Source: Deferribacterales bacterium (GTDB lineage Bacteria > Chrysiogenota > Deferribacteres > Deferribacterales > Geovibrionaceae). Taken from it: 64,000 nucleotides of DNA. Both the position numbers and the translations under genes were made by a program. This document shows positions 17,560 through 27,100 of the stretch, piece after piece (within the stretch, counting starts at the first letter, position 1; every line of letters begins with the position of its first letter). Location of the stretch: positions 64,001-128,000 of the forward strand of contig JBFWMA010000001.1 in assembly GCA_050251875.1 (NCBI GenBank). The letters are read 5' to 3'. The notes below the pieces were generated by a model. That model was not told where the DNA came from and did not search any database. It saw nothing but the letters and a program-made list of their open reading frames with translations.

Positions 17560-18842
17560 CGCAGGTACCTCTTGCGGTATTTTTCAAAGACCGCCCGTAT
17601 AGATTTGAATTTATTTATCTTAACCGAGATGCTTGTATATGGCGTTTTGAAATATTCGTCAAGTGTATGCATCAGTTCGGAGATAACTTTTTTTTCGGTG
17701 TCCAGCCACTTGGAGGTTTTCAGAAAATTTTCCTTTTCCGATTTGTGCCAGCGGGCGTATTTTTCCGCCTCTCTCTTCTCGTGCTCGTGCCAGCGGTGGA
17801 CGTTGCCCAGCTCCTCTTTGGCGTTGTTCAGCCCCCTGCGGAAGCTGTCTATGCCGTCTTTCAGAAACTCACGGCAGTAAACCAGCTTTTCCAGATATTC
17901 CATAATGGCTGTATAGTTGCCGGAGCAGTCCGCCCTTTCATCCTTGCCGGAGAGGATGAACACAGCCTCCACAGCCTCGCTGATGAACAGAGGTCTGAAT
18001 CCGCCCAGCGCCATTATGTTCTGAAGAGATACGGAATTAAAATTATGTATGTGGGCGTGGGTCAGATATTCCAGAAAGTCGAAGTTATAGGTGTTGATAG
18101 CGTGTATGTTCATAAGACCGGGGACTTCTATGTAGAGCAGTCCGTCCGGTTTCAGCAGTTTTTTCAGTTTTTCTGTCTCTGCCAGCGGTTCTGTTAAATG
18201 CTCGAACACATGGCTGAGTATCACTATGTCGAATGTTTTTCCGGCGGCGAGCATGGTGTCGGCGTCACCGTATACGGCGTTGATCCCCTTGTCCTCACAT
18301 TCGCTCAGACAGTCGGAGCTGTATTCCGTGGCGGTCTCAGTCACGTTGATGTTGTGGAGCGCCGCCTCCTGCTTCAGCTCATAGAGCACGTTTCCTGTTC
18401 CGGCGCCTATCTCCAGCACGTCCAGAGTTTTTCTGCCGTTCAGAAATTTTTGCAGGAGCTGAAAAATCTTTTTGCCCTGTCCCAGCTTGAACAGCGCCTG
18501 CTGTTCGTGCATGTGCAGATGTCCGTAGTTCAGAGCGTGATAATATTTTTCGTAATATTCCGCCAGCGATTCTCTGGCGAGGGATGGGCTGGTAAGCACA
18601 AGCCCGCAGTCACGGCATATCAGAGAGCCGAACGGCAGCCCGAAGCGGTCTGTCTCCGTCAGTTTTTCCAGTGAGTGAGCCCCGCAGGGACATAGGGTGA
18701 TCTCACGGGTTTTGATGCCGCCGCTGTCCAGAGACAGCAGAAACTGCTGTTTTTTCTCCGCCGCAGTGGGGTTCAGGCGTCTGGGAACACGGTTTTTTTC
18801 GAGAAGCAGGTCTCTGAACTGAGGAAAATTGACTTCACTCAT
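17556..18842 (-). CDS. Class I SAM methyltransferase with Zn-ribbon and C-terminal coiled coil (WbdD-like candidate)
   Basis: CPCG..CRDCG, VLEIGAGTG, FDIVILSHVFEH, LKPDGLLYIEVP; charged C-terminal repeat. Confidence 0.82.
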   Translation of the reverse strand: MSEVNFPQFRDLLLEKNRVPRRLNPTAAEKKQQFLLSLDSGGIKTREITLCPCGAHSLEKLTETDRFGLPFGSLICRDCGLVLTSPSLARESLAEYYEKYYHALNYGHLHMHEQQALFKLGQGKKIFQLLQKFLNGRKTLDVLEIGAGTGNVLYELKQEAALHNINVTETATEYSSDCLSECEDKGINAVYGDADTMLAAGKTFDIVILSHVFEHLTEPLAETEKLKKLLKPDGLLYIEVPGLMNIHAINTYNFDFLEYLTHAHIHNFNSVSLQNIMALGGFRPLFISEAVEAVFILSGKDERADCSGNYTAIMEYLEKLVYCREFLKDGIDSFRRGLNNAKEELGNVHRWHEHEKREAEKYARWHKSEKENFLKTSKWLDTEKKVISELMHTLDEYFKTPYTSISVKINKFKSIRAVFEKYRKRYLR

Positions 18843-20007
18843 ATGTCTCCCACGTCTGCGGAGGTGTCACGAATCCGAAAACACGCTCCTGCGGCATTAC
18901 AGAAAAATTTGGGTTCAGGTCTCGGTACAGAAACTCGCTGCCGTCCACCACCGCCATGACAGATATGTAGCTGTCGGGGTTGAAGATACACGGAGCGGTG
19001 AGACTGCCTCTGATTATATTACTTTCACCGGAAAATGCAAATTTTGCGTGATCGGTGTTGAATGATGTTATCAGCGTTCCGGTGGAGTTGTATACGGGCA
19101 GACCGATTATCAGGTTTTTCGGGGTGAAGAGCAGACGGAACGAAAAATCGAACCGGATGGTGTCGCCCAGCCTGTATGTATCCTTGTCGAATGTATGGGA
19201 TATGTCGGTTATTTTATCATTGTTGCGGAAGATATCGCCGTAAAAAGGTTTCTGCGGGATGAACGCCTTAGGTGTTTCCTGCGAGCTGAGATATAGCTCT
19301 ATCGCCTCTTCCCTGTCGCCGCAGAAAATGGCTCTGCCTTTGTTCAGCACCAGTACCCTGTCGCAGAACATACGCACATCGTTCATGGAGTGGGACACGA
19401 ATATCACGGACATTCCATCTCGCATGGAGTTGATCTTGGACAGGCATTTCTGGCGGAATACGAAATCGCCCACAGCCAGCACCTCGTCCAGAATAAGAAT
19501 ATCCGGCTCCACAGATGTGGCTATGGCGAACCCCAGACGGGATTTCATGCCGCTGCTGTATGTTTTTACGGGCTGATTGATATGCTCGCTCAGCTCGGCG
19601 AAATTGACTGTCTCTTCGGTCTTTTTCTGGATATCAGCGCCGGAGAATCCGTTGATTTTCAGGTTCAGCCGGATGTTTTCCATCCCGGTCAGCTCCGGTT
19701 TCAGACCGGATGTTACTTCCAGAATGGCGGCTATGCGCCCGCGTTTTGTCACTGTGCCGGAGGTGGGCTGGATGACTCCCGCTATTATCTTCAGCAGGGT
19801 GGATTTGCCGTGACCGTTGCGCCCGATGATGCCCAGTGTCTCGCCCCGTTTCAGCTCCAGCGACACATCGCTGAGCGCTCTGAACTGTTTGTGGCGTTCT
19901 CTGCCTGTTATGCTGAAAACCTCTTTCACCCTGTCGAAGGGGTTGTCGTAGAGGTTGTATATTTTAGATAGTTTATCCGCCTTTACCACTGTTTCGCCGG
20001 ACATCAC
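18835..20007 (-). CDS. wzt: Polysaccharide ABC transporter ATPase Wzt with C-terminal carbohydrate-binding domain
   Basis: GRNGHGKSTLL, YSSGMKSRLGF, ILDEVLAVGD, VSH; ~150 aa C-terminal extension. Confidence 0.92.
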   Translation of the reverse strand: MMSGETVVKADKLSKIYNLYDNPFDRVKEVFSITGRERHKQFRALSDVSLELKRGETLGIIGRNGHGKSTLLKIIAGVIQPTSGTVTKRGRIAAILEVTSGLKPELTGMENIRLNLKINGFSGADIQKKTEETVNFAELSEHINQPVKTYSSGMKSRLGFAIATSVEPDILILDEVLAVGDFVFRQKCLSKINSMRDGMSVIFVSHSMNDVRMFCDRVLVLNKGRAIFCGDREEAIELYLSSQETPKAFIPQKPFYGDIFRNNDKITDISHTFDKDTYRLGDTIRFDFSFRLLFTPKNLIIGLPVYNSTGTLITSFNTDHAKFAFSGESNIIRGSLTAPCIFNPDSYISVMAVVDGSEFLYRDLNPNFSVMPQERVFGFVTPPQTWETYE

Positions 20008-20816
20008 AGCACCTCGGCGAAGTGGGGGCGCAGTTTTTTGAAAGCGATGACGCCCGACAGCAGAAAGAAGAGACTGACGCAGACGAATATCGCCAGAGGA
20101 TATATGTCATGAAAGAACCACTGCCCGCTGATGAAAACATTGCGGTAGCCCTCCACTACATATACCATGGGGTTGAGGTACAAAAAAATTCTGTATTTTT
20201 CCGGAACGGATGAAGCGTTCCAGAATATGGGAGTTACCCAGAAACCCGTCTGGAGCACCACCTGAATTATCTGACTCATGTCCTTGGTAAAGACTCTGAC
20301 GGCGCCTGTCAGCCAGCCGATGCCCAGCGTCAGCACAAAGACGCAGGAGAGATAAAACGGTATCTGAATCCAGTATATGGTGGGGTAGAAACCCTTAAAG
20401 ACTGCTATGACGGCTATGATAGCCAGAAAAACCAGATGCAGGTAAAATGACGAGATGATCTTTACCAGCGGAAGGATGCTGACACGGAAATCGACTTTCT
20501 TTACCAGATGTCGGTTGTTCACCACGGAGTTCATCCCGCCGTTAACACAGTCGGCGAAGAAGACCCATGGGGCGTATCCGCATATCAGATAGAGTATGAA
20601 GGGGACTTTTGCGTCCGGCTGTCTCTTAAACCCCACGGTGAAGACCAGCCATATCGTCAGAACAAAAATGACGGGGCGCAGAACAGCCCACAGCATGCCC
20701 AGATATGACCCCAGATACTGCTGGCGGAAATCGTCCGCAGACAGGGTATAGATCAGGCTTTTTTCTCTGTAGATGTTCAGGGCGAACTGAGCCGCCTCTT
20801 TCAAAACGTTCATCAT
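20004..20816 (-). CDS. wzm: Polysaccharide ABC transporter permease Wzm
   Basis: YLGSYLGMLW, LVKKVDF, FWVTPIFW, LNPMVYVVEGYR, FAEVL. Confidence 0.92.
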   Translation of the reverse strand: MMNVLKEAAQFALNIYREKSLIYTLSADDFRQQYLGSYLGMLWAVLRPVIFVLTIWLVFTVGFKRQPDAKVPFILYLICGYAPWVFFADCVNGGMNSVVNNRHLVKKVDFRVSILPLVKIISSFYLHLVFLAIIAVIAVFKGFYPTIYWIQIPFYLSCVFVLTLGIGWLTGAVRVFTKDMSQIIQVVLQTGFWVTPIFWNASSVPEKYRIFLYLNPMVYVVEGYRNVFISGQWFFHDIYPLAIFVCVSLFFLLSGVIAFKKLRPHFAEVL

Positions 20817-21445
20817 ATAATGTATTTATCGGCGAAATCGCCGTAATCTGTTATGTAGTAGTCGGATACTTTTATCAGTTTTTCGTTGTTATACCCGCAG
20901 AAGATAATCCCGTTGTCTCTGGCAGCCGCCATGTCGTTTTTGGAATCGCCGATGAGAATTACCCTTTCTCTGGAGTATCCGCCGTCTGCGATTATGGTGT
21001 TCACGTTCGCCGTTTTGTCCGCCGGAGAGCCGTATACGTCTGAGAAATATTCCGCCAGCCCCAGCTCCCTCACCAGAGTTCTCAGCTCATTCTGTTCTGT
21101 GCCGGAGGCAACGTGCATGGGCAGTATTTTATAATATTTTCTGATGAAATCCAGCGTATCAGGTATGAGATAATCGGGATTGGTAAGCTCCCTGAGCATC
21201 ATCTCGGAAAACTCGGCGGCGTAGCGCATGATTATCTCGTCTGATACAGGCTGACGCAGGATTGTCTCGAACATATATCGTATCTTGACGAAGCGGGAGA
21301 GCCCGCCGTTGTCCTTGTGATAGGCTATCAGACAGTCCACAGCCTCTGCCGGAAATCCTGTGAAGAGTTCCCGGAATCCGTTGTCTTTTATCTTTTCGGA
21401 GTCGAGAACCACTCCGTCAAAGTCGAAAATAATCGCCTGTGTCAT
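20813..21445 (-). CDS. HAD-superfamily phosphatase
   Basis: IIFDFDGVVLDS, VASGT, GSPADK, LIGDSKND. Confidence 0.9.
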   Translation of the reverse strand: MTQAIIFDFDGVVLDSEKIKDNGFRELFTGFPAEAVDCLIAYHKDNGGLSRFVKIRYMFETILRQPVSDEIIMRYAAEFSEMMLRELTNPDYLIPDTLDFIRKYYKILPMHVASGTEQNELRTLVRELGLAEYFSDVYGSPADKTANVNTIIADGGYSRERVILIGDSKNDMAAARDNGIIFCGYNNEKLIKVSDYYITDYGDFADKYII

Positions 21446-22092
21446 AGCTCACCTATGACAGTGCAGGGCAGTCCGTCCGCTCCGTCCACCCGCAGAGGAG
21501 AGACGATCAGGCGTGTGACCGATCTGTAATCTTTGTCTGTGAGGTTCATGTCCTCCAGCAGGATTATGGGGTTTTCGGGGTTCAGAAACGCCTTGTGCGC
21601 CTTGCGCCCTTCCGGTCTGTCGGCGAAGCTGGACACGGATACGCTGTCGAACCCGAAGAGTCGCACGTTCCTGAAATTATCTCTGATACAGTGCGCTACA
21701 TCCTCGTGAAAACCGGGGTTTTTCATTAGCTGACTGTTGTCGTCTCTGTCGAATCCGGTGTTTACTATTATGCAGTCGGCATCTTTATCCATATTGATAA
21801 GCAGGCTTATCAATTCGTCTTTAATCACGTTGCTTTCGGGGGTGAGGTCTATGAAAAGCGGCTTTTCAAAAAACCAGAAATCCGCCGGGAAATCGGCGAT
21901 TGTCTGCCCGTTTTCGAAAAAATGACATGGCATGTCCACATGAGTTCCTGTGTGCAGGCTCATGGACAGATGGGTATGGTTAGCGGGATCGCCCTTAGAC
22001 ATGTCCGCTGATTTTGTCAGCTCAGTCACGTTTTTCGCGCCGTATGAGGGCGTGCGGCTGTTCAGCGTGTGAGAGAGGTAAATCCTTTTAAT
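21442..22092 (-). CDS. Cyclase / kynurenine-formamidase family metal hydrolase; probable ATT start at 22092
   Basis: HTGTHVDMPCHF, GFDSVSVS, LLEDMNL, DGLPC; in-frame IYLSHTLNSRTPSYG upstream of the GTG at 22029. Confidence 0.82.
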   Translation of the reverse strand: MKRIYLSHTLNSRTPSYGAKNVTELTKSADMSKGDPANHTHLSMSLHTGTHVDMPCHFFENGQTIADFPADFWFFEKPLFIDLTPESNVIKDELISLLINMDKDADCIIVNTGFDRDDNSQLMKNPGFHEDVAHCIRDNFRNVRLFGFDSVSVSSFADRPEGRKAHKAFLNPENPIILLEDMNLTDKDYRSVTRLIVSPLRVDGADGLPCTVIGEL

Positions 22093-22975
22093 CTTCTTCT
22101 CCCTGAGAGTGTATCTCCTTGATGCAGTCCAGAATCCCCTGACCCATGTCTATGTACGGGTTTGGCACCAGCTTTTTGCATACGCTGGGGTGAAAGGAAT
22201 AGGGGGTTATCTTGTAATGGTGGTCGTTCAGCTCGTGGTTGAGCTTTATATCCACCTCGTTGTTCAGTATCTCTTTGATCATGATGAAGAGTTCCACACG
22301 CTTCATCCGTTCTATGCCTGTGAGGATTATATGCTCGTTGGCGTATTTTTCGCTTTCGATGATGTCCGCTGACATAACGGCGGCGTCCTGAGCGTGGATA
22401 TACTCACGAACCTCCTGACCGTCTCTGTCGTGGACTATCTTTTTATCAGTTATGGCGCTTTTCAGCACGGAGTAGAGATAGTTGTTCTCATACGCCCGCT
22501 CGCCGTATACGGAACCGTAGCGTATGATGGTGAATTTCAGCCCGTATGCCCTGAAATATTCTTCGGTCAGCTTTTCAGACGCCAGCTTGCTCACGCCGTA
22601 GAATGATCCCTTGTCGCTCAGGGCGTATGCGCTGGACGCGTATACATAGCGGTCGATGTTCTTGTCCCGGCATCCTTCCAGAATGTTCAGGTTGCCCATT
22701 ATATTGGATTCGATGGTCTCCACGGGCATGGATACAGCCTTGTCCAGATTCGCCATTCCGGCGAAGTTATATACATATGAGATATCGTCAGTGATGAGCT
22801 CGCTTACTTTCTGTCTGTCCAGTATGTCGCAGGGGACGAAGACGCATTTCTTCGGCAGATATTCGGACATGCGGATGTCCGCCACGGTGACTCCGTAGCC
22901 TCTTTTTATCAGCTCTTCCGCCACATAACAGCCGAGGAAGCCGGAACCTCCGAATATGACGACATTTTTACTCAT
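22088..22975 (-). CDS. NAD-dependent epimerase/dehydratase (extended SDR)
   Basis: GGSGFLG, YASS, YGVSK, RYGSVYG, REYIH. Confidence 0.9.
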   Translation of the reverse strand: MSKNVVIFGGSGFLGCYVAEELIKRGYGVTVADIRMSEYLPKKCVFVPCDILDRQKVSELITDDISYVYNFAGMANLDKAVSMPVETIESNIMGNLNILEGCRDKNIDRYVYASSAYALSDKGSFYGVSKLASEKLTEEYFRAYGLKFTIIRYGSVYGERAYENNYLYSVLKSAITDKKIVHDRDGQEVREYIHAQDAAVMSADIIESEKYANEHIILTGIERMKRVELFIMIKEILNNEVDIKLNHELNDHHYKITPYSFHPSVCKKLVPNPYIDMGQGILDCIKEIHSQGEED

Positions 22976-23921
22976 TAGAGAACACCTCGTTCTTCAGCCT
23001 GTTTTCCGTGAGAAAACGCACCGCCTCTTCCACAGACTGTATCTCCATGTCGTAGCGGCTGTCGATGGTCGCCGCTCCCATGTGGCAGGTCATTATCACG
23101 TTTTTCAGCTCCGTGAGCTTGCCGATGTAGGGTTCGTGGTTGAAAACGTCCACTCCCGCTCCGGCTATTATCTCCGCCGTCACAGCCTCATACAGATCGT
23201 CTTCGTTCACTATGCCGCCCCGTGCCGTATTTATCAGAAAGGCGTGCGGCTGCATCGTCCTCATGTCGGCGAGGGTGATGAAATCTCTGGTATCTTTTTT
23301 CAGCGGCAGGTTCACGCTGACTATATCGCTGTTTTTCAGCAGGGTCGCTTTGTCGGTATAGGTTATTTTTTCATTTCGCCCGAAGATTATGTCGGGGCTG
23401 ATATCGTGCGCCAGAATATTCACGTTGAATCCGGAGAGCATATGGGCGAGGCTTTTTCCTATCCGTCCCATGCCGATGATTCCTATGGTTTTGCCATAGA
23501 GGAGCATGCCCATGTGGCGCTTCCATTTTCCGCTTCTGATGAGATTGTCCGACTGGCTTATCTGTCTCGCCAGATCGAGCATCATACCCACACACAGTTC
23601 CGCCACAGCTGTTGTGGGGGCTTCAGGCGTGTATGCCACACGCACTCCGTACCGCCTGCACAACTCGAAATCCACTCCGTCCAGTCCGACACCCACACGG
23701 GATATCAGCTTCAGGTTGGGAGCGTTTTTGAAGACTTCTTCGGTGATATTCTCCGTTCCGGCGATTATCACGTCAGCGTCCTTCACCTCCTGCGCCAGCT
23801 CGGCGGAGGTCAGCTTACGCTCATAGCGGTTGAGCGCCACATCGATATTATGCTTTTTCAAAAGAGCCATGGGCTCCGGTGTTGTCTCTGAAAACGGGTG
23901 TGTGGATACGAATACCTTCAT
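22968..23921 (-). CDS. D-2-hydroxyacid dehydrogenase (phosphoglycerate-dehydrogenase-like)
   Basis: SRVGVGLDGVD, GIIGMGRIG, LINTARGGIV, DVFNHEP, HMGAAT. Confidence 0.9.
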   Translation of the reverse strand: MKVFVSTHPFSETTPEPMALLKKHNIDVALNRYERKLTSAELAQEVKDADVIIAGTENITEEVFKNAPNLKLISRVGVGLDGVDFELCRRYGVRVAYTPEAPTTAVAELCVGMMLDLARQISQSDNLIRSGKWKRHMGMLLYGKTIGIIGMGRIGKSLAHMLSGFNVNILAHDISPDIIFGRNEKITYTDKATLLKNSDIVSVNLPLKKDTRDFITLADMRTMQPHAFLINTARGGIVNEDDLYEAVTAEIIAGAGVDVFNHEPYIGKLTELKNVIMTCHMGAATIDSRYDMEIQSVEEAVRFLTENRLKNEVFSNE

Positions 23922-24674
23922 CTATTTTACCTTTGCCATTTCCTCTCTGGCTTTCTGCCCGAGGAAGAGGAAATCGAGGCTGAACGCCAGAAACGAATAG
24001 CCAAGATCTATTTTTTCTTTCAGTTTATCATATTCGGGGGCGATAACGTGGAAACCTAAGGGGAAATTCGCTTTTTTGCAGACTTCCTCCACTTTCATAA
24101 GAGCCTTTTTCACCTCGGGTCTGTCATATTCACCGGGGACGTTCATCGATCCGGAGAGGTCGTATGGTCCTACCATGATACCGTCTATGCCGGGGGTGGA
24201 TATGATCTCCTCCAGATTATTCACGGAGTCGATGTGCTCTACCTGGGCGATGATGACTGATTCATCGTTGAGCCACTGTTTATATTCGTCAAAACCTGTG
24301 CCGTATTTCTGCGCACGGGCGAGTCCCACGCCTCTTTTTCCCATGGGGGGATATTTTACATAGCGCACTGCCTGCTCGGCGTCTTCCCTGCTGTTCACCA
24401 TGGGGACGATTATCCCGTCAGCTCCGGCATCCATTATGCGTTTGATTATCACTTCCTCATTCTTGCTCACTCTCACCAGCGCCTTCATCCCCGCCGCCTG
24501 AATGTGCCCCATGAGGCTCTGCGCCATAGTGAGATCTATCACGCTGTGTTCCATGTCTATCGTCAGCCAGTCGAATCCGGCGGACGCCATGATCTCCACC
24601 ACGGACTGGTGACCGATGGTTACCCATGATCCCACGGTGAGTTCGTTGTTTTTCAGTTTCTGTTTCAGCGACAT
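23922..24674 (-). CDS. HpcH/HpaI class II pyruvate aldolase
   Basis: GFDWLTIDMEHS, ALVRV, DAGADGIIVPMV, YPPMGKRGVG, QVEH, VGPYDLS. Confidence 0.92.
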   Translation of the reverse strand: MSLKQKLKNNELTVGSWVTIGHQSVVEIMASAGFDWLTIDMEHSVIDLTMAQSLMGHIQAAGMKALVRVSKNEEVIIKRIMDAGADGIIVPMVNSREDAEQAVRYVKYPPMGKRGVGLARAQKYGTGFDEYKQWLNDESVIIAQVEHIDSVNNLEEIISTPGIDGIMVGPYDLSGSMNVPGEYDRPEVKKALMKVEEVCKKANFPLGFHVIAPEYDKLKEKIDLGYSFLAFSLDFLFLGQKAREEMAKVK

Positions 24675-24676
24675 CT

Positions 24677-25822
24677 TTAAGCCCCTTTGTATCTGGAATT
24701 TATACTTGCCAGATATGATCTGTTGAGTGATATGTATTTTCTGCCCTGCGCCTCTCCGAACCGGAAGAGGTTTTCGGTCATATTGTCGTGATTATTCTGA
24801 TATTCTACATAATTTCTGTCCCTGAAGAAAGAGGGATGTGCGTCCACCACCGTCTGCATCAGGGAATCATACTGAACGGAGCTGTTGTGCTTCCAGAACA
24901 TACTGTCGTTGGGGCTTCTGCCGTCCGCTCCCAGCAGATAGACGTCTCTGCACATGGCTGACGCCAGAGGCAGCATGAGATATGTGAGTATGTTGTCGGT
25001 GACTTTCACCGTCAGGTCGCTGTGGGAGGGCAGGTTGAATTCCGGGTTTCTGCCTATGCCTATCAGCCTGTTTTTAAGCGCAGGGTAGTGTGCCAGCATC
25101 AGCGGCATCATATTTTCCGGAACGGCGACATATGTGCCGTATTTTTCCACTGTTTTCAGCACGTCTCTGCGGAAGTTGACGGCGTATCTGTTATAGCTGA
25201 AGTGATATACCGGGTCGGCGAAAACGAGAATATCCGGACGGATATATTCCATGAACTCATCATTCTTCACCACACTGTTGCAGATGATCTTCACCATGCC
25301 CCTCAGCTCGGGATATTCTCTGTATTTTGAAAAGGATTCCCCGGTGAGAAAACAGCAGGCGCTCTCTTTGTGCGAGAGCTCTTCCGTCATGCGGATGAAA
25401 TTCTCTTCGGAGATGTGCCTGAATACGTCCGTGCTGTCCATCGCCATGCCGTAAAGGTAGCTCCATGAGGTGCATTCCTCCGTGTCGTAAAAATCCGGAT
25501 CGACAACGATGCTTCTGTGCAGCCGGAAAAGGTTTTTTATTATGCATGCCTTGCTGGATATCAGAAAGATATCCGCCTCCGTCTCTTTGTTTATAAAAAC
25601 ATTCGGCGGCGTGTCGGCTGTGTATTTTGATCTGACATAAAAATTGACCGTGTCGGGAGCGTACCATCTGACCTTCGTGATGAAATCGTTCAGCTTCTCC
25701 TGATTCAGGCGGCAAGTCACCTGAACATCTCTGAAACCGGACGGAGTGTGATATCCGGTAAGGTTTTTCAGAAGTTTTTTGACAACTCTGTAAAACAGCC
25801 AGAGAAGACGGTTGAAGGTCAT
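24677..25822 (-). CDS. Divergent Maf/DUF115-like putative ulosonate transferase
   Basis: CFLTGESF, IICNSVV, VFADPVYHF, NILTYLMLPLAS..VYLLGADG mirror the motif order of 15466-16356. Confidence 0.55.
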   Translation of the reverse strand: MTFNRLLWLFYRVVKKLLKNLTGYHTPSGFRDVQVTCRLNQEKLNDFITKVRWYAPDTVNFYVRSKYTADTPPNVFINKETEADIFLISSKACIIKNLFRLHRSIVVDPDFYDTEECTSWSYLYGMAMDSTDVFRHISEENFIRMTEELSHKESACCFLTGESFSKYREYPELRGMVKIICNSVVKNDEFMEYIRPDILVFADPVYHFSYNRYAVNFRRDVLKTVEKYGTYVAVPENMMPLMLAHYPALKNRLIGIGRNPEFNLPSHSDLTVKVTDNILTYLMLPLASAMCRDVYLLGADGRSPNDSMFWKHNSSVQYDSLMQTVVDAHPSFFRDRNYVEYQNNHDNMTENLFRFGEAQGRKYISLNRSYLASINSRYKGA

Positions 25823-26496
25823 TTAGAGTGCCTCTTGATATAGAGCAGCTCCGCCAGTTCGAAATCCTCCGGCTCGTCTATGTCCACCGCCTCCAGCTTG
25901 TTCATCTCATACATGGCGGGGGTGAGCCCGATGCGTTTATTGCCGGAGCCGGCGAATGATTCTTTTGAAAAGATAAAGAAGTTCGAGTTCTCTTCATAAA
26001 CAGGGGGGAGATCCTGAGTTCTAAGAAGCTCTTTCGGGTTGTGGTTAACAGGTTTTCCGTCCTGCCAGTAAAGGCGTGTCTGAAGACGTGTGACGGAGAA
26101 GACGGAATCGTATGTATTCAGACTGCCGAAGAAAAAATCTATGGCTTTGTCTATTGTTTCCGGATTCACCAGAGGGTTTGTGCTGTGGGTCTGCATGAAA
26201 AACTGCCCGTCCAGCTTAGACAGGTCGTATCCGATGATGTCGTTCATCGCCACAAAATCTCCCTGTATCTCCACCGGTCTGTCGATTATCTCCACTCTGT
26301 CGAAATTTTTCAGAGCGTCTTCTTTAATCACGGAACTGTCTGTGTTGATAACCACTTTGTCTATATTTTTACATTTCAGCAGAGTCTTCATCACGGCGTG
26401 GTAGAGGGGAGCGCCGGCGAAATCTCTCATGTTCTTGTTGGATACTCTTTCGGAATGTCCCTTCATGGGCAGAAGGGCGGTAACTTTTTTCTGCAT
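25819..26496 (-). CDS. Acylneuraminate cytidylyltransferase family (CMP-ulosonic acid synthetase)
   Basis: PMKGHSERVSNKN, INTDS, QTHSTNP, RTQDLPPVYEENS, DIDEPEDF. Confidence 0.92.
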   Translation of the reverse strand: MQKKVTALLPMKGHSERVSNKNMRDFAGAPLYHAVMKTLLKCKNIDKVVINTDSSVIKEDALKNFDRVEIIDRPVEIQGDFVAMNDIIGYDLSKLDGQFFMQTHSTNPLVNPETIDKAIDFFFGSLNTYDSVFSVTRLQTRLYWQDGKPVNHNPKELLRTQDLPPVYEENSNFFIFSKESFAGSGNKRIGLTPAMYEMNKLEAVDIDEPEDFELAELLYIKRHSK

Positions 26497-26608
26497 ATCA
26501 CCACCGCTTGTATTTAATTAAAATGTCATAGTACCGCTTTATTATAACTGCAACAGATTTTTATTGATATTTTATTTAATAGGGATGATATATTTTCCAG
26601 GGGGAAAT

Positions 26609-27100
26609 ATGGCCGTAATAACAAATTTACAAAAGATCAGAAATTTTCAGCTGGGGGACGCTGTCGCCGCCTATCTGGACGAGCTAGTCAATGCCGACTC
26701 CGCCGCCGTGAAGAGGATTTTTGCCCTTGAGGCGCCGTCATTCGTCAGGCACGACATCACGGACAATATATTTGCCATCGAGCAGAGTTTCTTTACCAAA
26801 GACAGGGAGAACTGTTTTTTCGAATCCCACAGAAAATTCGCCGATATCCAGATAGTGCTGAAAGGCAGGGAGCGCATAGAGCTCATGAACATAAACGATC
26901 TGAGCATAGACGAGAGCTATGACGCCGGAAAAGATCTGGTGACATACAAAATAGGCGACACCGGACACCACCTGAACATGCTGGGCGGAAGCGCCGCTGT
27001 GTTCTATCCGGAAGACGCTCATATGTGCGTGGTTAGGGCAGGAGCGCCCGAGAGAGTCTACAAAACTGTGCTGAAAGTCCCTGTGGATATGCTAAAGTGA
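26609..27100 (+). CDS. YhcH/YjgK/YiaL (NanQ-like) family protein
   Basis: FESHRKFADIQIVLKGRE, FYPEDAH, KTVLKVP; ATG 26609 after a G-rich RBS. Confidence 0.88.
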   Translation: MAVITNLQKIRNFQLGDAVAAYLDELVNADSAAVKRIFALEAPSFVRHDITDNIFAIEQSFFTKDRENCFFESHRKFADIQIVLKGRERIELMNINDLSIDESYDAGKDLVTYKIGDTGHHLNMLGGSAAVFYPEDAHMCVVRAGAPERVYKTVLKVPVDMLK

